The notes beneath the pieces were generated by a model that saw nothing but the letters and a program-made list of their open reading frames with translations, was not told the origin of the DNA and did not search any database. A stretch of DNA of 64,000 nucleotides from Lingula anatina (taxonomy: Eukaryota > Animalia > Brachiopoda), in NCBI GenBank assembly GCA_051362555.1, contig CM120644.1, positions 11,182,567 to 11,246,566 on the forward strand, given 5' to 3'. The translations under genes were made by a program, and so were the position numbers. Positions 42,834 through 53,334 of the stretch are shown in pieces (position 1 is the stretch's first letter; each line of letters opens with the position of its first letter).

Positions 42834-43211
42834 AGGTACATACGAACCGAGCATCAGTGGAGCTTGGATTCCCAATAACACATGTAAACCACTTCTACTA
42901 GTTTCTTATACGACTCAAATAAATTCGATATGCCAAGGGATAAACTGAATAGATCACTCAATCAGCCATAAAAGACCTTTAGACTGCTCCTTTTCTTTAA
43001 ATTTTTGGTTGGAAATTTAACCTACTTTCGTGACCTACATTTCTGGCCCATTGACATACAGCAGAGAATGCCAGCAGAAAAATCCGTTCAAACATCATTT
43101 TAGGGTAAAATTAAACAATGCCTTTTAGTAATTCTCTTAGTTATACTGCTTGAAACTATATGCTGGCATTTGGTTGGTTTTTGTGACAAAAAATTGACTT
43201 TGTATGTATCT
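42834..43211. mobile_element. Kolobok-like non-autonomous element
   Basis: TTAA|AGGTACATAC...GTATGTATCT|TTAA: TTAA duplication and purine-starting TIR. Confidence 0.6.
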
Positions 43212-43822
43212 TTAACATAACTTTCAGTTCATTTTCATTTGTACAATAACATGTTGTGCAGAGCCGCAGATGCATGATTCATAATTTTCTATAATAAAAT
43301 TGTGCATGATGCCAGTTCACAGAGCTTTTGGTAGCTTACAACTCCACGTTTCTCTTCTATTTTTAGGTGATAAATCTATAAATTTAATTACACAGACTGT
43401 TTTAGCACTGTACGGGCAATTTTTCAGCTAATGGTGGGTCTGGTTCCATAAAAGAACTCAATAAAGTTGGTCTCGATCCTACAACTATCATTTCAGTCTA
43501 CTTTAAATAACAAGCGACAGTCAATAGTAGGGCCATTTCAAGATATATGCTTCACAGACATTTAAATTACAAATAAAAATCATACTAAAAATGCAATTCG
43601 GTGCATATTATAATGGTCCAGCTCAGTAATTAAATTTAAATGATCTACTACAGAGTTACTCAGAATTGAGGTGGACCCATATTTTCTGACAGAGTTCAGA
43701 GCAACTTCCAGTTACTGAGACAGGTCCCTGCATCATTCCAGACCCTATATGAATGCAGAGTTTTCTTTTAAAGGAAAAAAAATTAAGTTCTTTAGCTAGT
43801 CCTCCACGTCTTGATTGCTTAC

Positions 43823-43954
43823 TTCCAGTTTTCAGGTAAACCCAGAGTCTGTAGCTGTTTCACTGTGTTAGCAGGCGCTCTAGTTACATGATAATCCTGT
43901 GTCCTGGAATCCTCCCAAATAGTTGGAAGAGTTGGCAAAGTCTTAGCTTGCATT
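43823..43954 (-). CDS. CCDC177: CCDC177-like exon 7, symmetric cassette candidate (MQAKTLPTLPTIWEDSRTQDYHVTRAPANTVKQLQTLGLPENWK)
   Basis: Acceptor gttttttaatcag, donor AA|GTAAGC; 132 nt, phase 2/2; no stops. Confidence 0.6.
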
Positions 43955-45233
43955 CTGATTAAAAAACATCACAAGCAGGGAGAGAGAAACATTCATTATG
44001 TTTGAGTGAACCTCCTCATTTTCTCAATCAGACTTGCTCTATTCTGTCAAGCAGCCTTTTCCAACTGTTGATATCCCTTGTTACTATTGATAATCAGCAA
44101 AAAAGTTCATAAAAAATCTAAGTTTGTTGACTGTTCACAATAACTGTCATAATGAACACCAACGCTTGCCATGATGTACTGTATACCTTTTTAATGTCTT
44201 TCTGTTGGTTCCTGATAAACCAGCACTATTTGATAGGACTCCACGCAATATAACTTATTTCAGTCAGTACCATTGTTTGCCTCATCTTTTTAATGTCTCA
44301 GCAGTCTTAGCCCACATTTAAGTTGATCTACTTCCATCTGATAAACCCCAGTCCAGTCTCCTAGGGCAAATTTTTATAGAAGTCAGCAACAATTCTTGTC
44401 ATATAGCTCTTTTCAGTACCCCTGCCATCTTTATATGTCTAGCCTTCAAATATTCTCTGATATAAAAATAGACAAAGCCTTTGGCTGACAATGCCAATTT
44501 TTGTTGTCATAAACATCATTTGTTGTCATAAACATCTTTTTAATGTCTTTTCTGAGCCTCTTCCAAGGTGCCTCCAACGTGCCAGCTAAACTGGCGCCAC
44601 CTGTCACAACTGTGGATAGTCTGAAGTAGTTCACAGGGACATAAACCTGTTGTCCCTTTCTAGGCCATGAGGGTGTCTAGTGTTCAAAAGTTGACAATAA
44701 TTATCTATAAAAATCTATAAAACAAGATACTATATCCTCTCAGGTCGCATCCCCCAGGCCGAAGTGAAAAATGATTGCCTATTATGCATAGCACATTTTC
44801 TATAGTAGAACACATTCTGGTATTGATGTATTGATTACCACCTAAGTATTCCAATACAAGTAACATTTGTGTGCTAGAGATCAGACTAAGTAAAATCCTC
44901 CATAACATTATGATTTTCTAAATGGGCCTGATTCACTGAAGGACTAAAGTTGAAAGTTGGTCACAACTTGAAAAAGTATGGTTTACTTTATTCCAAGATA
45001 AAAGGGTAGTAATATTGTCAGTTTAACAGGTCCTAACTTGAAATTACATTATAATGGGGGTTGGGGTGGGGGGGGGTAAACAGTCATCTCCAGCGCAGGG
45101 AATCCAATTAGTTTACTTTTTTACATAAAATAGCCAGGCTGTTAAGCTGTCAATCTCTCAAAATGCAGTGAAACAAAAAAAAAAGAAAAAAAAAGCACCA
45201 CAACAGCCCTATTATGTGTAAACCTTAGTTCTA

Positions 45234-45465
45234 CACTTGACCAAAAAAGTTTGGAAACATGAAATTGTTTTTCAATAATTTTAATTATTGATTTGCCCAC
45301 TGCATTATAGTTTTTTGAAATAAACTAATGTAGTGGGCAAATCTTCAGTGTATATAAAAAAAGTAATATATAATATATAATATAAAAATATTTACCTTAG
45401 CTCACATGCTTAATATTTTACAATCATTCAAAATAATGATGTTTCCTAACTTTTTGGGGCAAGTG
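45234..45465. mobile_element. Tc1/mariner-type MITE
   Basis: TA|CACTTGACCAAAAAAGTTTGGAAACAT...ATGTTTCCTAACTTTTTGGGGCAAGTG|TA; internal hairpin at 45291-45342. Confidence 0.8.
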
Positions 45466-46019
45466 TACTTCAAAATACATGCACAAGTCACATTTCTCCT
45501 GAGGGTATACTATGAATAATAAATGGCGTTCAACCAGTGCAACTATCTTAACATGCAATCACACAATTAAAAATATAATATATTCTCCTTAAGGAGAAAC
45601 ATCAATAAAAATCTTAATTAAACTAATTGCTTAACCTATATCTTCATGTTCACTTGAATCTGGAACAACAAAAATGTCAGCTCTTTATGGATCCCAGTTG
45701 TATTTATAAATCCTACTGCAACATGGGTAGACAACTCTGCTGTATAGTATATAAAACCAGCCCAAAGCAATCTGATGTTATACAGATATTACAGAGGATT
45801 CTGATTGGTTAAAAAGTATTTTGCAGGACTGACACTTGACTAAGTTGATTTACATAGTGATGGAGAAAAGTTTTCAAAATTTCCTTCGCAACACTTTAGT
45901 CCATGACAGTTGTATTTTAATTGAGTATGTGTATATGCAATTTGATGTGTAAGCACACTAAAACACAGATGAATGGTCCCTGATAATATTTCCCCTTGCA
46001 GGAAATATTTGGTAAATAT

Positions 46020-46268
46020 GAATCCCCCCTCATCATGTACCCCTTATGTCTCACTAACCCACCCCCCACCCTGTGTGTACCTCTCATGCACCCCCCCCCC
46101 CCCCTCACAGTATGCACCCCTCCTTGACTCATCCTTACTCAACCTCTCATGTATGCCCCACCCCCGGTGTGTACCTATCATCATCTCACCCTTAGTGAGC
46201 CTCTCGTGTTCCCCCCTCCCCCAAAGCGTACCTCTCATTGATCTCATCCTTAGTCAACCTCTCATGTC
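46020..46268. repeat. Degenerate C-rich repeat (CCTCTCAT...CCCC...GTGTAC) abutting the exon 6 donor
   Basis: CCTCTCAT or a close variant recurs near 46080, 46143, 46200, 46231 and 46258. Confidence 0.7.
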
Positions 46269-46343
46269 CCAGTGAGGTGGTCCATGCTGTCCTTCTTCTC
46301 TGAAGACTGCTGGGGTTGTTGAACTCCTCAGCTTCATCTGTGT
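46259..46343 (-). CDS. CCDC177: CCDC177-like exon 6 (DTDEAEEFNNPSSLQRRRTAWTTSLGHER)
   Basis: Acceptor aacttccag, donor AG|GTTGAC; 85 nt, phase 1/2; open in the expected frame. Confidence 0.7.
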
Positions 46344-46747
46344 CTGGAAGTTACACTTGTAATGGTCATAATTATATCACGGGCTTCTCTAAAGTACTAA
46401 ATATATTATTTACAGTGTCCATGATAATATCATAACATGCAGTTACTGTTATTAATACTGCATAATGCTTAATATTTATTTAAGACAATAAGAAAAATGT
46501 AATTATACAAATTGTTTCAAATTACCCTTCAGGTGAACTTTTGTTCAAAAGATGTAATACAAAGTCTAGATAATCTTTTTATAAATTTTTTTTCAAAATC
46601 TTTTTTCACTTCCTATCATGCTATCACAGACGCACACAAGCATGCACACACACGCACACACACACATTTCCACAGCTCCTGTGTGCTTTACTATACTTCT
46701 TTTCCATTTTCTATGATATAACTTTCACACACAGGATCCTGTACTAC

Positions 46748-46915
46748 CTGACCCACTGAACTGCAAGATTTTAGACTTCCTGACTGCAGCCCTGGGTGAC
46801 ACGGGTGACATCACTCTGTCCCTGGCTGAGGTGATCACACGTGGAGACTGTCTTGATTTCCACCCCTCATCCTCCTCCAGGAGCTGTAACTCGTCTCTAC
46901 ACAGTCTCAGCTTTC
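46748..46915 (-). CDS. CCDC177: CCDC177-like exon 5 (RKLRLCRDELQLLEEDEGWKSRQSPRVITSARDRVMSPVSPRAAVRKSKILQFSGS)
   Basis: Acceptor gttatttccag; ERQRKLRLCRDE parallels recalled ERRAKLQQCRAE. Phase-1 donor G|GTAGTA; a second phase-1 GTGTGT donor would end the exon at 46733, so the 3' boundary is uncertain by 15 nt. Confidence 0.82.
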
Positions 46916-47929
46916 CTGGAAATAACAGACAAGAAATAAAGCCTAGGTTACGTTTGCCATGTGATGTTTGCTTGGTGCCATATATGTTCCTTTTCGTACA
47001 GCATCTGTGCAGAGGCTGGTGGTGGTCATACTGAATCACAGGGACCCACAGCCTTTGTAGCCCCTACGATTTTGCTAGGCTGAAATTTTGGACAAATTTT
47101 AAGACCTTAAAATGAGAAACGCGACCAAGGGACCCTCTGGGTAACACCCTAATTCCCGATGTTATCTTTATCAAGGACTCAAAAGCAGTAGTGGTCGACC
47201 CTACTATTCAGGTCGAAGAATGCGACACGCTAGAGAAAGCGAATGTTGAGAAGAGAAGAAAATATCTAGTAGGTGTGAGAGAGAGAGCATATCACTGGAA
47301 CAACCGCTATTGAAGTGTATGGACTCACAATAGGAGCCAGAGGGGGGTGGGGATGCATCTCGAGCACCCGAGTCCTCAAGTCTCTAGAGAAATGGAGCAT
47401 GCACTTTGCACAGCATCTTGTTGTTAAAGCCATGCTCAGGACTGTGTAAGTATTATCACTCCATAGTGGGGATAGGTATGCAGAGAGAGCCCCGAACTAA
47501 ACAGACTGGACAGTCCGTACTCTAGTTATATTACACCACACGGATACCATTCATTGCCCACACCGGGTTCCTATGAAGCCTCATAGGTTAAGGCGGTAAG
47601 AGTGTAGAATTGGACAGGAATTGTTCTATAACTCAGTGAGAATTCTCTTTATGCTTCAAGAGCAGTTGAGAAGATCAATTGGATCTTGGCTTCAAGATTC
47701 TGGTGCTTCAAGGGAACAATGGCCATAGTATGGACTGCTCTGCATTATACTGACTGTAGTGAGAAGTGTTTACCTGTTATTATGGTGAAAAGTTTTTCCT
47801 GTTGGCACTCTGCCAGCAAGCTACAGCATAAATGGCCCTGAACTAGTCTACACTGGGTCACACTTCATATTACTACCAACCACTGGACAGACAGAGAGAG
47901 ATCCCAGCAGGTTGATCCCATGCTGCTCA

Positions 47930-48715
47930 CTTACTCTCATGCTGCTGATTCAGTTGCTGACTCCACTGCATACTGCCAACATAAATACAGACAATAACAA
48001 CTCTTATTGGCCTGGAACAACAGCCGTGGCAACAGGTGCAAAAAACCTTCATTGGTAAAACCATGGCTGCTGAGAACAGAGTTATTATGGTCCAGACACA
48101 AATGTATTCAATGAGTGCAGCCTGAAGAGAAAAACAGAATCTTAAGGATGCTTGGAATTCCCGACCCTGATCCTGTGCAGCAAGATCACCATTGTAGTGA
48201 TCCGACATCTGTAAGTAGCTTGTCTTGGGTCTCGATTTGGAGTTGAGGCTGTGTGGCAGATTGAGAGTAACCCAAGAGCTGTGAGGAATGACGAGACTCT
48301 AGGTTATAGCTAGTAGCGAGAATAAAGGGCACCGCCATTACTGAGAGGCAAGATAAAAATAGAGGTTGAAATCTGTGGTTTCTAGTGGTCAGCCATAGAA
48401 AGGGATTTCAGGACTGCTAAGGTAAGCAGTTTAGCAATAGAAAGATCTGGAGCCAGAGTAGATTAGTGTAAGGGCTTTTTACACCAGGACATCCCCTACT
48501 TTTTTGCATGAAAAGACAATAACTCTTGCTGGACTGGAAAAACAGCCGAGGAAAAAGGTGCAAGAAGCCCTCATTGGTGAAACCATGGCTGCTGGGAAGA
48601 GTTATCTTGGTCCAATATGACACCCTCATAGAAGAAACAATGTGTGAGGCCAAAGGGAACTTCAAAGCCTTCCTAAGAATTGACAAGATGGCTGGTGGTG
48701 GACAGACTGACACCC
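47930..48715 (-). mobile_element. Possible highly decayed LTR-retrotransposon (Gypsy-like) integrase remnant
   Basis: LH-DQGREFQ near 48150-48185 resembles the rve SDQGREF motif; PLASH...YW upstream weakly resembles the integrase zinc-binding region. Confidence 0.3.
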
Positions 48716-48899
48716 AAAATAAGAAAACACCAAGATAATTAATCCAGGACTCTTGTCACTGCCATCCTCCTTGCTGCTCCTTCACTTCCCTCTAAATGTA
48801 ATAGTGCATTACAAGAAACTGCGACAGGTGGGTGTAGAGTTTCTGGGCGACTTTTATTGGGATGCAGACTTAGCGCAAGAAATTCCGTAATATCAGTAG

Positions 48900-49620
48900 G
48901 GAACAACCATTGAAAAGGTACAATAGTTTGCCAATTCAAGGAGATTTGAAATAGGCAAAAAGTGAACTATATAACCAACAGCAACTGCTTTCAGGCCATG
49001 AATGTGATGCAGAGGCAGCATACAGAACTGCAGCATGTAAAGTGTACTCTGAAACTTGGACAAATCATTATCCATGAAGACTTTGCGGAAAATTATTCTA
49101 TTAAACAGCAAGGTGAGATCATGTCCACCCATTAGAGCTCAAAACAAGAAGCTGTTTTCAAAGCTTTTATATTATTATTGACTTTGAGTCAGGTCATTTA
49201 GCAGCAGTATTTGACCTGTAGTTGGGACAATTGACCAATGCAGACAAGAAGACAACTGTGACCACCTTCATGCATCATATAGTATAGTTTCTGATGAGTT
49301 CAGACATGACAAGCATAGTGCTTGTGCCTTATATGGGATTACCACAGATGATATACTTCCTTGGAAAATTGAACACAGGCACTACTGGTTATACAATGCA
49401 GGGTCGCAGTACAAAAACAAATACACAATTTCTGCAATCTTCTTTTTCATGAAGAGGATTTCAGTTGTATATGTGATTGGAGCTTTTTTGCAACTGCACA
49501 CGGGAAGGGAGCAATAGATGGGATTGGAGGAGAGATGAAAAGGAGCTTGTGGAAAGAGGTTTCAAAAGGAAAGACAGTTGTCAACAATATCATAATTGTA
49601 ATGTTCATAACTACTAAGGT
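48900..49620 (+). pseudogene. Degenerate Sola2-type DNA transposase fragment
   Basis: Motifs in order: IIHEDFAENYSIKQQGEIMSTH*, VSDEFRHDKHS, AGSQYKN, WSFFATAHGKGAIDGIGGEMKR; interrupted by stops and frameshifts. The Sola2 assignment is from recalled motifs. Confidence 0.75.
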
Positions 49621-49734
49621 GCATCCTATTTGGAATAGGATACAACATTATAGACAAGAAAAACAAATCTACGTGTTGAATTCAACAAAAGAGTAATGTT
49701 ACATGGAACTACAGTGACTGGTCATGGAAGACTT

Positions 49735-49765
49735 GGGCTTGGTAGCTTAGTGGGTAGAGCACTGT
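49735..49765 (+). mobile_element. Possible tRNA-derived SINE head fragment
   Basis: GGTAGCTTAGTGGGTAGAGC is a Pol III A-box/D-arm; no B-box or cloverleaf follows. Confidence 0.3.
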
Positions 49766-50199
49766 ATCTACTGTTTTATCCTACTATAGATTTTATTGTA
49801 TATTGTCTGAGATTCGGATAGCCACATCTCAGAACGCGAGACAGTTCTTGTGGAAGAATGGCTGAAGACAGATGCTGTGTTTCACTGTATTATTTTATTG
49901 TACGGCAAAATGTAACGTAGGCTTTAGCAAGGATGGCATATAAACAAACAAGGAAAAAAACAAGTAGAAAATATTCCCTGGGAACAGAAATTTATGCATG
50001 AAAATTGTGACTGTCCTAATAACAGAGACGTGTCATCATAGTATCACAACTGTATTATTATAAAATTAATGGGTCAGATGTATCATTTAACTTCAAAGGA
50101 GATGGTCAGACAGTGGTCTCTCTGTTAGTATAGCCGATGACTGGCAGAAAAGAGGGAGGGCGGGGAAGGGGGGCGGGAAAAGAATCTGCTGAAACTTAC

Positions 50200-50314
50200 T
50201 TTGTCTCTCCACCTCATGTTCGTCAAACATGTTGTAGATGGTCCTGAGCGGGACATTCTGTGGCAGCAGGTCATCTTGAAACTCAGCAAGTGGCTTGTAT
50301 AACAGTTCTACTGG
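50200..50314 (-). CDS. CCDC177: CCDC177-like exon 4 (PVELLYKPLAEFQDDLLPQNVPLRTIYNMFDEHEVERQ)
   Basis: Acceptor ctctctctgtag, donor A|GTAAGT; 115 nt, phase 0/1; completes the KPVELL motif. Confidence 0.92.
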
Positions 50315-50691
50315 CTACAGAGAGAGTGAAAATGGAATTAAATTAATTATATAAACTAAACTGTAATCATAAGTTTTGCCTTTGACCAGTAACTACATTT
50401 TCATTATTTGCTGAAAAAGTTATTAAATGTTTTTCTTATTGTCAAGCATAAACACATTAGTTTTAGGGAATACTTATTACATATAACTATTAAATTTGGT
50501 TATCTATTTATCCCCTATCTGTTCAAATTTCAATTATCTTTCTCAAAGTCTTAATTGGATATAGTTACAATACAGTGTTCATATAAACTTTTGTAACCTC
50601 TATAATATTATTCAGAGAAAAGAAAAATCATGTTTAAAATGAGTGAATATCTCTTATTATATAAATCTTAGTGGCTGTAACTTTATTATAC

Positions 50692-50753
50692 CTTTATCCC
50701 CAGTCTAGAACAAGCTTCCAAGGATCTAGGACTTGTCATCACATATCTGCTGT
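50692..50753 (-). CDS. CCDC177: CCDC177-like exon 3 ([21 protein letters not shown])
   Basis: Acceptor tttatttcag, donor AAG|GTATAA; 62 nt, phase 1/0; close to the recalled CCDC177 motif [20 protein letters not shown]. Confidence 0.92.
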
Positions 50754-51089
50754 CTGAAATAAATCACTGATCATGTTATCACTTATATTCTATACTCTAT
50801 ACAATATTAATTGAAATGAATATGAAATCAGAATTGCATATGCTATACTGTACACAAATGCATTTCTAATATGCTTTTGAAAATCAATATTTCTTGTTGT
50901 GGATCTTACAAGATATGTGTTTGCAAAGACATATGTAAACGTGACAAAAAGACTTTTATATAATAATAATTGTAATGTATGATTTATATATCTCACATTA
51001 AATAATGCACAGTTTGAGCAATCTCCATAGACTGATTTTGTCTACAGGAATAAGGTTTTAGTTAAACAGGCAATATGTTAAAAAACAAC

Positions 51090-51200
51090 CTTCAAATTTT
51101 GGATCTTCAAAATTGTACAGGTCTATCATCTCCTCAGCTTGCGGTCTGTGTCTAAAGGGCAAAGGAGCAGTCAACGGTCTGGAGGTGTTCAGTTTGGTAC
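51090..51200 (-). CDS. CCDC177: CCDC177-like exon 2 (GTKLNTSRPLTAPLPFRHRPQAEEMIDLYNFEDPKFE)
   Basis: Acceptor cttttatcttcttcag; 111 nt, phase 1/1; IDLYNFEDP matches the LDLFNFDCP motif I recall from the vertebrate CCDC177 N-terminal region. Confidence 0.88.
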
Positions 51201-51469
51201 CTGAAGAAGATAAAAGACATATCAATATACATCATACGAGAGAGAGAGAGAGAGAGAGAAAGAGAAAAAGAGAGAGAGAGAGAGGTCATATTCTGACTGT
51301 AATGTGGAAAACAACTACAAAGATTTTTCTGGGGGAACCTGGCAAAGTACACTGCTAGCATGGTACATGAGTCGCATACAAAGTCTGATGTCATGATGAA
51401 GAAACAAAGTCAAAGTATATTCAGATATCAGCAGAACTGTCAGCAGAATTTGTCAGCACACTGGGCTGT

Positions 51470-51560
51470 CCCTCTCTGTCCAGCTGAAGTGAAGTGACTC
51501 TCTGTCCAGTGGAAATGAAGTGAAGTGACACTCTGTCCAGTGGAAGTAAAGTGAAGAGAG
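51470..51560. repeat. ~30-bp tandem repeat x3 (CTCTGTCCAG...GTGAAGTGA)
   Basis: Three imperfect units in intron 1 of the CCDC177-like gene. Confidence 0.8.
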
Positions 51561-51797
51561 CAGAGTTAGAGTAGTAGTAGTAGAAGTGGAAGGTTTATAT
51601 AGTGTGGCCTGTTGGCAGAGTACCAACAGGAAAAATTGTTCAATATAATACAGATCACGTTGAACAGGTAACAATGAAATGTACTTAGTAAAAACTACTC
51701 ACAGCTAGAACAACAGGTAAATGCTCTGAACTGAAGCAGAACAATATATGATGGGGTAGATTACACTAACACTGACACTGAGAAATCAATCCTGTAC

Positions 51798-51840
51798 CTG
51801 ATATGTTGAAGAAATCCTCGCCGTCTGGGTCTGAAGCCAT
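51798..51840 (-). CDS. CCDC177: CCDC177-like gene, coding exon 1 (MASDPDGEDFFNIS)
   Basis: ATG at 51840-51838; 43 nt; phase-1 donor G|GTACAG; joins exon 2 in frame. Confidence 0.8.
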
Positions 51841-52275
51841 CGTAAATATTTGGTTGTCCTACTAAAAATCATTTGACATGTAAGAGGTTTCTGTAGGCGC
51901 CCTACAAGGGCGAATTTCATCAAATCAATAGATTTCACTCATTCGAATCGAGTCCTTATCAACTCAAACCTCGTTTTCGATGTTGTCACGTGGTGCCAAT
52001 TTTTAAAAGCGTTTTTAGTTGTTTTTTAGCAGTCTTTTTCAATGATGTTACTAACACATCAAAGGAAATTCATTGTAAATAAAGCAAGGAAAATATGAAG
52101 TAGGTTGGATGAGAAAAACGTGTAAAACATTATTTTATTCAAAGAAGGTGATTTTCCGCGATCCTGCGAGATCAACCTTCAAGGTCAAGGTCGTAGTACA
52201 TGTGGAAAGAGCCAGAGTTGTAAACATAACAAATTCCAACGCTTGAAGAAAGTTCCACGAGGAAAAGAACGTAAC
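51841..52275. promoter_or_regulatory. Bidirectional promoter and 5' UTR region between CCDC177-like (-) and AltMIEF1-like (+)
   Basis: Divergent ATGs 435 bp apart; locally CpG-rich; E-box GTCACGTG near 51985; TCAAGGTCA at 52179-52187. Confidence 0.7.
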
Positions 52276-52437
52276 ATGCAGAGTAAAAGAGTGATTTTAG
52301 GTCTATACAAGGAATTACTTAAAAAAGGAAGGACGTTGAAACTAACCGACAGGGATTATTTCAACTACAGAATACGAAAAGAATTCCGTGCGAACGCTCG
52401 TGTCAAAAGTGAGAAAGAACAACAATGGTTGATAGAA
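52276..52437 (+). CDS. LYR-motif mitochondrial microprotein, AltMIEF1/L0R8F8-like, exon 1 (MQSKRVILGLYKELLKKGRTLKLTDRDYFNYRIRKEFRANARVKSEKEQQWLIE)
   Basis: LYK-xLL, TDRD and IRxEFR motifs match the human MIEF1 upstream-ORF protein as I recall it ([31 protein letters not shown]); phase-0 donor GAA|GTGAGT. Confidence 0.88.
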
Positions 52438-52751
52438 GTGAGTTTAGCATTTAGTTACTTTTAATACCATCTGCAAATTTTCCAGGTGAAATGTTTGACT
52501 TGGACACAATTGGTGAAAATACTGTCACCAGTTTGGTGCAGCCTTTGTGCTTTAACCTATTGTGATAATATATTTACTAGTAATTAATTTTTGTATTTTT
52601 TTTTCAAATATTATTATAACTAAACTTTTTTAAAGATAGTTCACTTGCCTGTCTGTGACAACTTTCATAAATAATTCCCCTTTCCCTGTCCTTTTTCATA
52701 TTTTACAGAACACAAAACTACTACACTTTTTACTGTTTCATATTTTTTCAG

Positions 52752-52790
52752 AAGGCAGAAGCATTTCTAAAGAATGACCGCTTGCTTTGA
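52752..52790 (+). CDS. AltMIEF1-like exon 2 (KAEAFLKNDRLL*), 66 aa in total
   Basis: Acceptor tattttttcag; EKAEAFL parallels recalled EKGLVFL; TGA at 52788-52790. Confidence 0.85.
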   Translation, partial: KAEAFLKNDRLL

Positions 52791-53328
52791 TATATCTGGA
52801 TATATGAATGTTAGACAGGTGCCAAATCACCGAGGCAAGACTTGTGCTCAAAAATATGATTTACATATAGAGGAGGATTCCATAATGGAAGCATTGAACT
52901 GTCTGTATATTTTTCTGACTTATAAAACAGAATTTCTGTTTAAAAAAAAAGAGAAGTGATGCAAGAATGCAAACTTAGATTTCATCCTGATAATAACATA
53001 TGATAGTAGAGCATAGGTGTTGGTGTGGAGCAATTCCTTTCGCAGCACTCTGATGAAGAAGGGAGGCATTTAATGAGAGTACCCAAGGCAACACTCATGT
53101 AAAAAAAAATGATAGTTGTGTGGTCTCAACAAGAGCATGTACTGGTTCAGGAAAAAAAGTATGGAGGACAATAGGCAGTTGGTGTATTTGAAAATATGAT
53201 AGATAAGCTGAATAAGAAGAATACAACAAAGGGATAACAGTATTGTTTTGCAATTCTGTTTCTTTTGTTTGTTGTCTTCACATGTTAACCTGTGGATGTT
53301 AAAGTTACACACCAGATGTGATGTCAAT

Positions 53329-53334
53329 AATAAA
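53329..53334 (+). terminator. Candidate polyadenylation signal of the AltMIEF1-like gene
   Basis: AATAAA about 540 nt after the stop, followed by GT/T-rich sequence. Confidence 0.4.

Noticed and set aside
49735-49810. tRNA gene
   Set aside because: Only an A-box/D-arm is present; no anticodon arm, T-arm or acceptor stem.
52243-52275. TTG-initiated N-terminal extension of the LYR protein
   Set aside because: The ATG at 52276 gives the family-typical length and position of the LYR motif.
52774-52959. 61-aa ORF overlapping the AltMIEF1-like stop as a possible second cistron
   Set aside because: No recognisable motif or MIEF1 similarity; composition looks like 3' UTR.
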